Positions 16,203 through 28,400 of a stretch of DNA of 64,000 bases are shown here, piece after piece. Each line of letters begins with the position of its first letter. Within the stretch, counting starts at the first letter, position 1. Source of the DNA: the human T2T-CHM13v2.0 reference genome, Homo sapiens; assembly GCF_009914755.1 (NCBI RefSeq), contig NC_060929.1. The stretch is one strand, 5' to 3'. A model generated the notes under the pieces. That model saw only the letters and a program-made list of their open reading frames with translations. It had not been told where the DNA came from and ran no database searches. Position numbers and translations under genes: made by a program.

Positions 16203-16922
16203 ATAATGGGATTGCTGGGTCAAATGGTATTTCTGTCTTTAGGTCTTTGAGGAATCACCACACGGTCTTCCACAATGGTTGAACTAATTTACGCTCCCAC
16301 CAACAGTGTGTAAGCTTCCTTTTTCTCTGCAACCTCACCAGCATCTGTTACTTTTTGACTTTTTAGTAATACCATCTCACACCAGTCAGTGGCTATCTCA
16401 TTGTGGTGTTGATTTGCATTTCCCTAATGATCAGTGATGTTGAGCTTTTTTTCGTATGATTTTTGGCAGCATGTATGTCTTCTTTTGAGAAGTGTCTGTT
16501 CATGTCATTTGCCCACTTTTTAATGGGATTGTTTGGTTTTTCTCTTGTAAATGTGTTTAAGTTCCTTATAGATGCTGGATATTAGGCCTTTGTCAGATGC
16601 ATAGTTTGCAAAAATTTTCTCCCATTCTGTAGGTTGTCTGTTTACTCTGTTGATAGTTTCTTTTGCATTGCAGAAGCTCTTTAGTTTAATTAGATCCCGT
16701 TTGTCAGTGTTTGCTTTTGTTGCAATTGCTTTTGGCGTCTTTGTCATGAAATCATTGCCCATGCCTATGTCCTGAATGGTATTGCATACGTGGTCATCCA
16801 GGCTTTTTATAGATTTTGGGTTTTACATTTAAATCTTTAATCCTTCTTGAGTTAATTTTTGTATATGATGTAAGAAAGGGGTCCAGTTTCAATCTTCTGC
16901 CTATGGCTAGCCAGTTATCCCA
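16203..16922 (-). mobile_element. L1P (older L1PA) ORF2 C-terminal fragment
   Basis: ORF 16520..16762 [17 protein letters not shown]...[17 protein letters not shown] is L1 ORF2p. Confidence 0.9.
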
Positions 16923-17778
16923 CTTGCAGCAGAAACTGATGGGTATGTGCTTGATCTTTCTTTACTGGAAGAGACTCTCTGTTGTCTCAGGCAGTGGTTT
17001 GGTCTGTGAAATGCCCAGTTCCCTGAGTTCCATGCAGGCCCAGGAATGGGGGACAAAGATGAGTAGATCTAGGTCCACAGTGTGTGTGGTGGGGGGTGTG
17101 GGATGAGGGTCACCTTGCTGTACCAGCCCCACCTCTATCCTGGGGCTTGTCACTTTCAGTTCAGATGGACACTGTCATTGATCTCGAGGCTGCCATGCAG
17201 CTGAGGGTCACGGAAAATACCTGTACCGTTGCTTTCCAACAGATTGGCCTCAGGAAAGACCTTTTCCCTCAGCGCAACATAGATAGCTTTGCAGCTCGTC
17301 TGATTAGCATTCCTGCAGCCGCTCCATGTAGAGAGGGAGAAGGGCCCTGCCCACTCTGTAAGCCCAGCCCAGTGGGCACACCACCCATGGGGTTGCAGTG
17401 CCCATTATAGCCTTGGAATGGCCATCCACAGGTGCAACTGTACCAACCTCCCATAAGAATAGCCAAGGCTGCTGGGCGCGGTGGCTCATGCTTGTAATTC
17501 CAGCACTTTGGGAGGCCGAGGCGGGTGGATCACGAGGTCAGGAGATCGAGACCACGGTGAATCCCCGTCTCTACTAAAAATACAAAAAATTAGCCGGGCG
17601 TGGTGGCGGGCGCCTGTAGTCCCAGCTACTCGGAGAGGCTGAGGCAGGAGAATGGCGTTAACCCGGGAGGCGGAGGTTGTAGTGAGCCGAGATCGCGCCA
17701 CTGCACTCCAGCCTGGGCGACAGAGCGAGACTCCGTCTCAAAAAAGAAAGAAAAGAAAAGAAAAAGAAAAGAAAAGAA

Positions 17779-17846
<68 letters not shown>

Positions 17847-19295
17847 AAAGAAAAGAAAAGAAAAGAAAAGAGAGAATAGCCAAGGCTATGTGTGCAGCAG
17901 TGGGTGGGGGAAGCTGGGAGGAGAAGTCCCCCTCTTATATCTGTTTCTGAGCACGGGTGCCACCTGGCCACTGAGATAAAACCATGATCCTCCCATACAG
18001 AGCCCAGAGCTGCACCTGCATCTGTGCTGGGAGGTATGAAATCACTTTCAGCTCCCAAGCAAGTAGCTTTAGAGCACAGGAGAGTGCCACCCTAATCTCC
18101 TTTGTCCCAAGGGGTGCTTTGTTGTGCTGTACTCTTCCTCCCCCAGGGACAATCTGCTTTAATTGTTAGACCTCCAGGAATTCTGCAGCTCCCCTGAATC
18201 CTGTCAGCCTTTTGTGGTTGTCAGAATTGAGCACAGTCTGACCACATTCTGGTGAATGTCTGTTCAGGATTGAGTGATGCAAAAATAGAAAGCCTAAGAC
18301 TGCCCGGGCAGGACAGAGTCCCACGATGGGTGGGACCAGTCTCAGCTCAAGTCTGGAGAGAGGGCAAGTAACCCTGCAGGGGTGGGAGCAGGTACACCAA
18401 ATGCCTGGAGGCAAAAATGCCTGGAGATATAACCAGGCAAGGAGTAGAGAAGCCACCTCTGCACAGGAAGGGAGGGGTGGCCCATGTTCCCAATCCAGTC
18501 TGTGGAGAGGGAACCACCTCCCTCCCTCTCCTCAGAACCGGTAGGGCTCACTCCCTCAACTGACTAAGGTGACTAAGGCAGCAGGCTGGGGCACCCAACA
18601 ATGTCACACACAGACTAGTCCCAGGTCACAAAGCTGTTTCTGGCTGCAAATCTCACTGCCTGGGAGAAACTGCAGCTTCAGCAAGTCTCCTCCCACTTCC
18701 GTCCTGTGATGTGAGAGAGCCCAGTTCCAGCTGCAATGGCTGGAGCACACCCCATACTCATTCTGGTCTCCTTCTGCAAACCAAGTACTCCAATCTCTGG
18801 CCAGAGACTAAAATGCCTGCAGCAGCCACCACTGCCAGCTTATCAAATAATGACTGACTTAGTATGAGCCCAGATTGAAAACAGAATCTTCCTCTCAGCC
18901 CTAGGTCTGGGAAATGCCTGCAGCTTTTTCCAGTGTCCTTTTTCTCTCTCAGTCTCCCAGACTCTTCCCAAGTTAGCTTCAGGGTTTGGGAGAAACAAGT
19001 TGCTCTCCCATAGCCTGGGTTACATAAACAGCCAGTGGAAAGGTGAGTGACAGAAGAAAACTCCCCCTCTCACATATCGGGGCTTCACACACTTTCCTCA
19101 GCCAAACACTGCCACACAGGCTGCTTGCCTACCTTCTCTTTCCCAAGTGTCTGAAGTATCCTTCACTTTTTTGGTGAATTCTTAATATTTCTTCTTGAAT
19201 AAATCCTCACAGTGTTAATTTAGATGCACGATTTTGCTATTTCCAAGTAGACAAGGTATGCTAAAAGCCTTTAATCCACCATCTTGGGGTAAAAT
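16923..19295 (-). mobile_element. GC-richer old L1 5' UTR-type sequence, interrupted by an Alu
   Basis: Ends in CCATCTTG near 19280 (reverse complement of the CAAGATGG motif at L1 5' ends); composition like the long 5' UTRs of old primate L1s. Confidence 0.6.
17471..17872 (+). mobile_element. AluYd-lineage element (Yd3-like) with ~130 bp (AAAAG)/(AAAG) tail
   Basis: 12 bp left-arm deletion (GAGACCA|CGGTGAA), CTCGGAGAGG insertion; perfect 15 bp TSD AGAATAGCCAAGGCT at 17456-17470 and 17873-17887. Confidence 0.9.
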
Positions 19296-19507
19296 TCCTG
19301 ATATTGGCAATTGAGTTCCTTTCAGGTTTTTTTCTTGATAAATATAGGTAAAGACTTACCAATTTCACTTATTTGTCCAGAAACCAAGTTTTGGCTTCAT
19401 TAATTTTCTCTAATATTTTGCTGCTGTTAATTTCATTGATTCATTCCTTTATTTTTATTGTTTCTTCTTACTTTTGAGTTAATTTGATTTTTGTTTTGTG
19501 ATTTCTT
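19296..19507 (-). mobile_element. Old L1M ORF2-region fragment (host element; resumes at ~34602)
   Basis: T-rich decayed L1 antisense (AGAAACCAAGTTTTGGCTTCATTAATTTTCTCT...) collinear with the sequence after 34602. Confidence 0.65.
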
Positions 19508-19520
19508 TTAAATATTTTTT

Positions 19521-19902
19521 AGGACAACAGAAATTTATGATCTCACAGTTTTGGAGGCTATAAGTCCAAAATAAAGGTGTCAGCAGTGTTGCACTCCCTC
19601 TGAAGGTTCTAAAGAAGCATTTTTCTTTGACATCTAATTTCTGATGACTCCTGCAGTCACTCCAATCTCTGCCTTGGTGGTCACATAGCTCTCTTCCTTC
19701 TGTATGTCTCCCTGTCTCTGTTTTCAAATATCCTTCTCCTTTCTCTGATAAAGATCCCAGTCTTTGGGTGACATCCTAATCCAGATAACCTCATCTTGAG
19801 TTGATAACATCTGTAAAGACCCTATTTGCAGACCTACATTCAGAAGTACCATAAGTTAGGACTTCAACATGTCTTTCATGGACACAATTCAACCCACCAT
19901 AC
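19521..19902 (-). mobile_element. MLT1 (B/C/D-like) MaLR LTR lacking its 3' (U5) end
   Basis: Reverse complement begins ...TGGGTTGAATTGTGTCC...ATGTTGAAGTCCTAAC and ends ATAAATTTCTGTTGTCCT followed by an A run. Confidence 0.85.
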
Positions 19903-20548
19903 TATTAAATAGGGAGGGATTTGACTCAGTTGTAACAGAAACATTATCTATTCACAGAAATCTGGCAGTAGAGTCAGTGGCAGATGTCGACATCTTTTTT
20001 TTTTTTTTATTTCAGTAGTTTTTTTTTATTTCAGTAGTTTTTTTTTTTTTTTGGAAAACAGGTGGTTTTTGGTTACATAGATAAGTTCTTTAGTGGTAAT
20101 TTCTGATATTTTGGTGCACCTGTCACCTGAGCAGTGTAAACTATACATAATGTACGGTCTTTTATCCCTCACCCTCCTCCCAACCTTCCTTTTGAGTCCC
20201 TAAAGTCCATTATACCATTATTATGCCTTTGCATTCATATAGCTTAGCTCCCACTTATAAGTGAGAACACATGATATTTGGGTTTCCATTCCTGAGTTAC
20301 CTCACTTAGAATAATGGTCTCCAACTCCATCCAGATTGCTGCAAATGACATTATTTTGTTCCTTTTCATGGCTGAGTAGTATTCTATATTGTATATATAC
20401 CACATTTTCTTTATCTACTCATTGGTTGATGGGCATTTAGGCTGGTTCCATATTTGTGCAATTGCAAATTGTGCTGCTATAAACATGCATCTGCAAGTGT
20501 CGTTTTCATATAATAACTTCTTTCCTCTAGGTAGATACCCAGTAGTGG

Positions 20549-21251
20549 CATTATAGTAGGTAGCTAGGGACAGGCATGAGCATGGCAGGAGAGGGCTCCC
20601 CCAAACCCCACCAGGAACGTCAAGTGACAATCAGGTGATGGTCAGGCAGTTGTTAACCATCTCTCGAAAATAATTGGTCACAGCCAGCACCAGGAAAAGG
20701 CAGTCTCCCTATAGATAGAAAAAACCTGAAACTGGTGATCAGCAGCTCTCCAATAAGATCTCAGGAGTTGGGTGAGTGGGCTTGAGCATGTGCAATAAGA
20801 GGCAAAATGGTGGAGTTTACTGTATATGACTCAGAGACATTCCACCAATAAGGGAAGAACACCTCAAGTGAGCATGCATTCGACTCCAGTAAACACGCTG
20901 CACATGCTCACCTCTCAAGTGCTAGCAGGCCACTGCACATGCGGGCAGCCCGCCCCAAGGGAAGAATCAGGGAAAAAGAAACAGAAGACCCTGGAAGTAT
21001 GCCAACATATAAAACCCTAAGTCAAAAAGTCAAACCGTGCACTTGTCTTTCTAGTCACTTTTTTGGCCCTCTTCCAAGTATACTTTCTTTCCTTTTGTTC
21101 CTGCTCTAAAGCTTTTTAATAAACTTTTGCTCGTGCTCTAAAACTTGCATCAGTCTCTCCTTCTGCCTTATGCTGCTCAGTCAAATTCTTTCTTCTGAGG
21201 AGGCAAGAACTGAGGTTGCTGCAGACCCATACAGATTTGACACTGCTAACA
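20549..21251 (+). mobile_element. MER50 solo LTR (ERV1) nested in L1PB
   Basis: Starts TTATAGTAGGTAGCTAGG, contains TATAAAA and AATAAA, ends GCTAACA; imperfect 4 bp TSD GTGG/CTGG; L1 resumes in register. Confidence 0.82.
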
Positions 21252-22485
21252 CTGGAATTGATGAGTCAAATGGTAGTTCTACTTTTAGTTCTTTAAGGAA
21301 TCAACATACTGTTTTCCATAGTGGTTATACTAGTTTACATTCCCACCAGCAGTGTAAAAGTTATTTTCACAATATGGATTCTACCCATACATGAGCATGG
21401 GATGTGTTCCCTCCACACCAACATCTATTTTTTTTTTTTAATCATGACCATTCTTGCAGGAGTAAAGTGGTATCTCATTGTGGTTTTAGTTTGTATTTCC
21501 CTGATAATTAGTGATAATGAGCATTTTTTCATATTTGTTGGCCACTTGTATATATTCTTTTGAGAATTGTCTATTCATGTCTTTAACCCAATTTTTGATG
21601 GGATTATTTGTTTTTTTCTTGCTGATTTGTTTGAGTTCCTTGTAGATTCTAGATATTAGTCCTTCATCAAATGCATAGTTTGCTAATATTTTCTCTCATT
21701 CTGTGGGTTGTCCACGTACTCTGCAGATTGTTTCTTTCGCTGTACAGGAGCTTTATAGTTTAATTAGGTCCCATATGTTTATTTTTGTTTTTGTTGCATT
21801 CGCTTTTGCATTCTAGGTCATGAATTTTTTGCCTAAGCCAATGTCTAGAAGAGTTTTTCTGATATTATCTCCCAGAATTTTTATGGATTCGGGTCTTGTA
21901 TTTAAGTATTTGATCCATCTTGAGTTGATTTTTGTATAAGGTAAGAGATGAGGATCCAGTTTCATTCTTCTACATGTGGCTTGCCAATTATCCTAGCACC
22001 TTTTGTTGAGTAGGGTGTCCTTTCCATACTTATGTTTTGTTTGCTTTGTTGAGGATCAGTTGACTATAAACACTTGGCTTTATTTCTTGGTTCTCTATTC
22101 TGTTCCATTGGTCTACATGGCTATTTTTATACCAGTACCATGCTGTTTGGGTGACGATACCCTTGTAGTATAGTTTGAAATCAGGTAATGTGATGCCTCC
22201 AGATTTGTTCTTTTTGCTTAGTCTTGCTTTCACTACGCAAGCTCAGTTTTGGTTCCATATGAATTTTAGGATTGTTTTTTCTAGTGATGTGAAGAATGAT
22301 AATGGTACTTTGATGGGAATTGCATTGAATCTTGTTCTTGGCAGTATAGTTATTTTCACAATATTGATTCTACCCATCCATGAGCATTTGTTTGTGTTGT
22401 CAATGATTTCTTTCAGCAGTGCTGTGTAGTTTTCCTTAGAGAGATCTTTCACCTCTTTAGCTAGGTATATTCCTAAGGTTTTTTT

Positions 22486-25400
22486 GGTTTTGGGGTTTTT
22501 TTAATTTTTAAGTTCCAGGGTATATGTGCAGGATGTTCAGGTTTGTTACATAGGTAAACGTGTGCCATGGTGGTTTGCTGCACCTATCAACCCATCACCT
22601 AGGTATTAAGTGTGGCATGCATTAGCTATTTTTATTGATGCTCTCCCTACCCCCTGTCCTCTTCCAACAGGTCCCAGTGTGTGTTGTTTCCTTCCCTGTG
22701 TCCATGTGTTCTCATTGTTCAGCTCTTACTTATAAGTGAGACCATGCCATGTTTGGTATTCTGTTCCTGCGTTAGTTTGCTGAGGATAATGGCTTCCAAC
22801 TTCATCCATGTCCCTGCAAAGAACATGATCTCATTTCCTTTTATGGCTGCATAGTATTTCATGGTGTATATGTACCAAATTTTCTTTATCCAGTCTATCA
22901 GTGATGGGCATTTAGGTTGAGTCCATGTCTTTGCTATTGCGAATGGTGCTGCAATAAACATAATGCATGCATGCATATTTATAACAGAATTGTTTTATTC
23001 CTTTGGGTACATACCCAGTAATGGGATTGCTGGGTCAAATGTTATCTTTGACTCTGGATTTTTGAGGAATCACCGCACTGTCTTCCACAGTGGTTGAACT
23101 AATTTACACTCCCACAAACAATGTAGAAGAATTCCTATTTCTCCACAGCCTTGACAGCATCTGTTGCTTCTTGACTTTTTAGTAATCACTATTCTGTCTG
23201 GAACGAGGTTTTGATTTGCATTTCCCTGATGATTAGTGATGTTAGGCATTTTTTCATGTTCGTTGGCCCCATGTATGTCTTTTTTTTGAGAAGTGTGTTC
23301 ATGTCCTTTGCACACTTTTTAATGGGGTTGTTTCTTGTTTTCTTATAAATTTGTTTAAGTTCCCTGTAGATTCTGGATATTAGACCTTTGTCCGATGGAT
23401 ACATTGAAAAAAAATTCTCCCATTCTGTAGATTGTCTGTTCCCTCTAATGATAGTTTCTTTTGCTGTGCAGAAGCTCTTTAGTTTAATTAGATCCCATTT
23501 GTCAATTTTTGCTTTTGTTGCAATTGCTTTTGGCGAGTTCATCATAAAATCTTTGCCCATGCCTATGTCTTGAATGGTATTGCCTAGATTTTCTTCTAGG
23601 GTTTTTATAGTTTTGGCCTTTACATTTAAGTCTTTAATCTATCTTGAGTTAATTTTTGTATAAAGTGTAAAAAAGAGGTCAGTTTCAATTTTCGGCATAT
23701 GGCTAGCCAGTTCTCCCAGCACCATTTATTAAACGGAATCCTTTCCCCATTGCTTGCTTTTTGTTATTGTTGTTATTATTGGGTTTTTTTAGACAGAGTA
23801 ACGCCATCACCGAGGCTGGAGTGCAGTGGCATGATCTCAGCTCACTGCAACCTCCACCTCCTGAGTTCAAGCTATTCTCGTGCCTCAGCCTCCCAAGTAA
23901 CTGGAATTGCAAGCATGCATCAATATGCCTGGCTAATTTTGTGTTTTTAGTAGAGACAGGGTTTTGCCATGTTGGCCAGGCTGGTCTCAGACTCCTGAGG
24001 TCAAGTGATCTGTCAGCCTTAGCCTCCCAAAGTGCTTGGATTATAGGCATGACCTACCATGCCCAGCCTGTTGCAAATGCTTTTGGTGATTTCATCATAA
24101 AATCTTTGCTCATGCCTATGTCCTGAGTGGTATTGCCTAGATTTTCTTCTAGGGTTTTTATAGTTTTGGGTTTTACAGTTAAGTACTTAATATATCTTGG
24201 GTTAATTTTTGTATAAAGTGTAAGGAAGGGGTCCAGTTTCAATTTTTTGCATATGGCTAGCCAGTTCTCCCAGCACAATTTATTAAATAGGGAATTATTT
24301 TCCTATTGCTTGTTTTTGTCAGGTTTGTCCAACATCAGATGGTTGTAGATGTGCAGTTTTATTTCTGAGTTCTCTGTTCTGTTCCATTGGTCTATGTGCC
24401 TGTTTTTGTACCAGTACTATGCTATTTTGGTTACTGTACCTTTTGGTATAGTTCGAAGTTGGGTACCGTGATGCCTCCAGCTTTGTTCTTTTTGCTTAGG
24501 ATTGTCCTGGCTATAGGAGCTCCTGTTTTGGTTCCACATGAATTTTAAAATAGTTTATTCTGATTCTGTGAGGAATATCAATGGTAGTTTAATGAGAATA
24601 GCATGAATCTATAAATTGTTTTGGGGAGTATGGCCATTTTCATTATACTGATTTTCATATTTATAAGCATGGAATGTTTTTTCACCTGTTTGTGTCTTCT
24701 CTAATTTCCTTGGATCAGTGGCTTGTAGTTCTTGAAGATGTCCTTCATTTCCCTTGTTAGCTGTATTCCTAGGTATTTTATTCTCTTTCTGGCAATTGTG
24801 AATCAGAGTTAATTCATGATTTGGCTCTCTGCTTGTCTGTTTTTGGTGTATAGGAATGCTTGTGATTTCTGCACATTGATTTTGTATCCTGAGACTTTGC
24901 TGAAGTTGCTTATCAGCTTAAGAAGCTTTGCAGCTGAGATGATGCGGTTTTCCAGATATAGGAACATGTCATCTGCAAGCAAAGACAATTTGACTTCCTC
25001 TCTTCCTATTTAAATACTCTTTATTTCTTTATCTTGCCTGATTTCCCTGGCCAGAACTTCCAATACTATTTTGAATAGAAGTGGTGAGAGAGGGCATCCT
25101 TGTCTTGTGCCAGTTTTCAAGGGGAATGCTTCAAGCTTTTGCCCATTCAGTATGATATTGGCTGTAGGTTTGACATAGATAGCTTTTACCATTTCGAGGA
25201 TTGTGAGTATTTTATTGATGATTTTTGCATCAATGTTCATCAGGGATATTGGCCTGAACTTTTCTTTTTTTGTTGTATCTCTGTGAAGTTTTGGTATCAG
25301 TATGATGCTGGCCTCATAAGATGAGTTAGGGAGAAGTCTATCCTTTTCAGTTGTTTGGAATAGTTTCAGATAAATGTACCATTGGTAGAATTCAGCTGTA

Positions 25401-28400
25401 AATTCATCTGGTCCTGGACTTTTTTTGGTTGGTGGGCTATTTATTACTGACTCAATTTCAGAACTTGTTATTGGTCTATTCAGGGATTCAACTTCTTCCT
25501 GGTTCAGTCTTAAATGGGCATATGTGTCCAGGAATTTATCCATTTCTTCTAGATTTTCTAGTTTATATGCATAGGGATGTGTATAGTATTCTCTGATGGT
25601 TGTTTGTATTTCTGTGGGGTCAGTGGTGACATTCCCCCTTATCATTTCTGCTTATGTTTCTTTATATCTTCTCTTTTTTTCTTCTTTATTAGTCTAGCTA
25701 GTGGATGATCTATTTTATTGACTTTTTTTTTTTACTAGCTCCTGGATTCATCGATTTTTGTTTTTTTGAAGGGTTTTTTCATGTCTCTGTCTCCTTCAGT
25801 TCCACTTTGAGCTTGGTTATTTCTTGTCTTCTGCTAGCTCTGGGGTTTGTTTCTCTTGTTTCTCTAGTTCTTTTTGTTGTAATGTTAGGATGTCGATATG
25901 AGATCTTTCTAGCTTTTTGATGTGAACATTTAGTGCTACAAATTCCCTTTTTAACACTGTTTTAGCTCCATCCCAGAGGTTCTGGTTCATTTTCTCTTTG
26001 TTCTCATTAGTTTCAAAGAACTTCTTGGTTTCAGCCTTAATTTCATTAATTTACCCAGGAGTCATTCAGAAGTAGGTTGTTCAGTTTCCATGTACTTTTG
26101 TGGTTTTTAGTCAGTTTCTTAATCTTCAGTTCTAATTTGATCGTGCTGTGATCTGAGAGACTGTTATGATTTCAGTTCTTTTGCATTTGCTGAGAAGTGT
26201 TTTACTTACAATTATATCATTTTAGAGTAAGTGTCAAGTGGCACTGAGAAAAAAAAATGTATATTCCGTTGTTCTGGGGTGGAGAGTTCTGTAGATATCT
26301 CTCAGGTCCACTTGATCCAAGGCTGAGTTCAAGTCCTGAATATCTTTGTTAATTTTCTGTCTTGATGATCTATCTAATATTGGCAGTGGGGCGTTAAAGT
26401 CTCCCACTATTATTGTGTGAGAGTCTAAGTCTCTTTGAAGGTCTTTAAGAATTTGTTTTATGAATCTGCATGCTCCTGTATTGGGTACATATATATTTAG
26501 GATAGTTAGCTCTTCTTGTTGAATTCAGCCCTTTACCATTATGTAATGCCCTTCTTTGTCTTTCTTGACCTTTGTTGGCTTAAAGTCTATTTTGTCAGAA
26601 ACTAGAATTTCAACCCCTGCTTTTTTCTGCTTTCCATTGGCTTGGTAAATTTTCCTCTATCCCTTTATTTTGAGCCTATGTGTGTCTGCACATCAGATGT
26701 GTCTCTTGAATACAGCACACTGATGGGTATTGTCTTTTTATCCAGCTTTCCATTCTTTGTCTTTTAATTGTGGAATTTAGCACATTTAAATTTAAGGTTA
26801 ATATTTTTAGGTGTTAATTTGTGCCTGTCATGATGCTGGCTGGTTAATTTTGCAGACTTGTTAATGTAGTTGCTTCATAGTGTCATTGGTCTGCGTACTT
26901 TGATGTATTTTTGTAGTGGCTGGTAACAGTTTTTCCTTTCCATGTTTAGTGATTCCTTCAGGAGCTCTTGCAAGGCAGGCCTGGTGGTGATGAAATCCCT
27001 CAGCATTTGCTTGTCTGAAAAGGATTTTATTTCTCCTTCGCTTATGAAGCTTAGTTTGGCTGGATATGAAATTCTGGGTTAGAAATTCTTTTCTTTAAGA
27101 ATGTTGAATATTGGCCCCCAATCTCTTCTGGCTTGTAGGGTTTCTGCTGAAAGGTCCACTGTTAGTCTAATGGGCTTCCCTTTGTGGGTGAACTTGCCTT
27201 TCTCTCTGGCTACCCCTAACATTTTTTCCTTCATTTCAACCTTGGAGAATCTGACGATTATGTGTCTTGGAGTTGTTCTTGTGGAGTATCTTATTGGGGT
27301 TCTCTGGATTTCCTGGATTTGAATGTTGGCCTGTCTTGCTAGGTTGGGGAAGTCCTCCTGGATGATATCTGAAGTGTGTTTTCCAACTTGGTTGCATTCT
27401 CCCGATCTCCTTCAGGTACTCCAATCAGTCATAGGTTTGGTCTTTTTACATAGTCCCATAGTTCTCATAGCTTTTGTTCATTCCTTTTCATTCTTTTCTC
27501 TCTAATCTTGTCTGTTTGCCTTATTTCAGCAAGATAGTCTTCAAGCTCTGATATTCTCTCCTCCACTTGTTTGATTCAGCTATTGGTATTTGCATTTGTA
27601 TCATGAAGTTCTCATGCTGTGTTTTTCAGCTCCATCAGGTCATTTATGTTCCTCTCTAAACTGGTTATTCTAGTTAACAGCTCCTGTAATCTTTTATCAT
27701 GGTTCTTAGCTTCTTTGCATTGAGTTAGAACATAATCCTTTAGCTCAGTGAAGTTCATTATTACTCGCTTTCTGAAGCCTGCTTCTGTCAGTTCATCCAT
27801 CTCAGCTTTAGACCCGTTCTACGCCCTTGCTGGAGAGGTTGTGATCATTTGGAGGAAAAGAGGCATTCTGGATTTTGGAATTTTCAGGGTTTTTGAACTG
27901 GTTTTCCTCATCTTTGTGGATTTATCTACCTTTGATCTTTGAGGCATTGACCTTTGGATGCGGTTTTTGTGGCATCTTTTTTCTTGGTGTTGTTGTTGTC
28001 ATTGCTTTCTGTTTGCTTTTCTTTTAACAGGCCCCTCTTCTGCAGGTCTGCTGCAGTTTGCTGAAGGTCCACCCCAAACCCTGTTTGCCTGGGTATCACT
28101 GGTGGAGGCTGCAGAACAGCAAAGATTGCTGCTTGTTCCTTCATCTGGAAGCTTCATCCCAAGGGGGGCACTGACCTGATGGCAGCCAGAACTCTCCTAT
28201 ATGAAGTGTCTGGTGACGTCTCTTGGGAGATCTCACACAGTCAGGAGGCACAGTATCAGGGACCCACTTAAGGAGGCAGTCTGGCTGCCCCTTAACGGTG
28301 TAGGTTCACTGCCGCGGGGGGAATTCCCCTCGTCCAGATTGTCTGGACTCTTCAGAGCCAGCAGGCAGGAACGATTAAGTCTACTGAATCTGAGACCATG

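Noticed and set aside
17600-18058. Lys/Glu/Arg-rich and Phe/Leu/Ser-rich ORFs
   Set aside because: Translations of an Alu and its (AAAG)n tail
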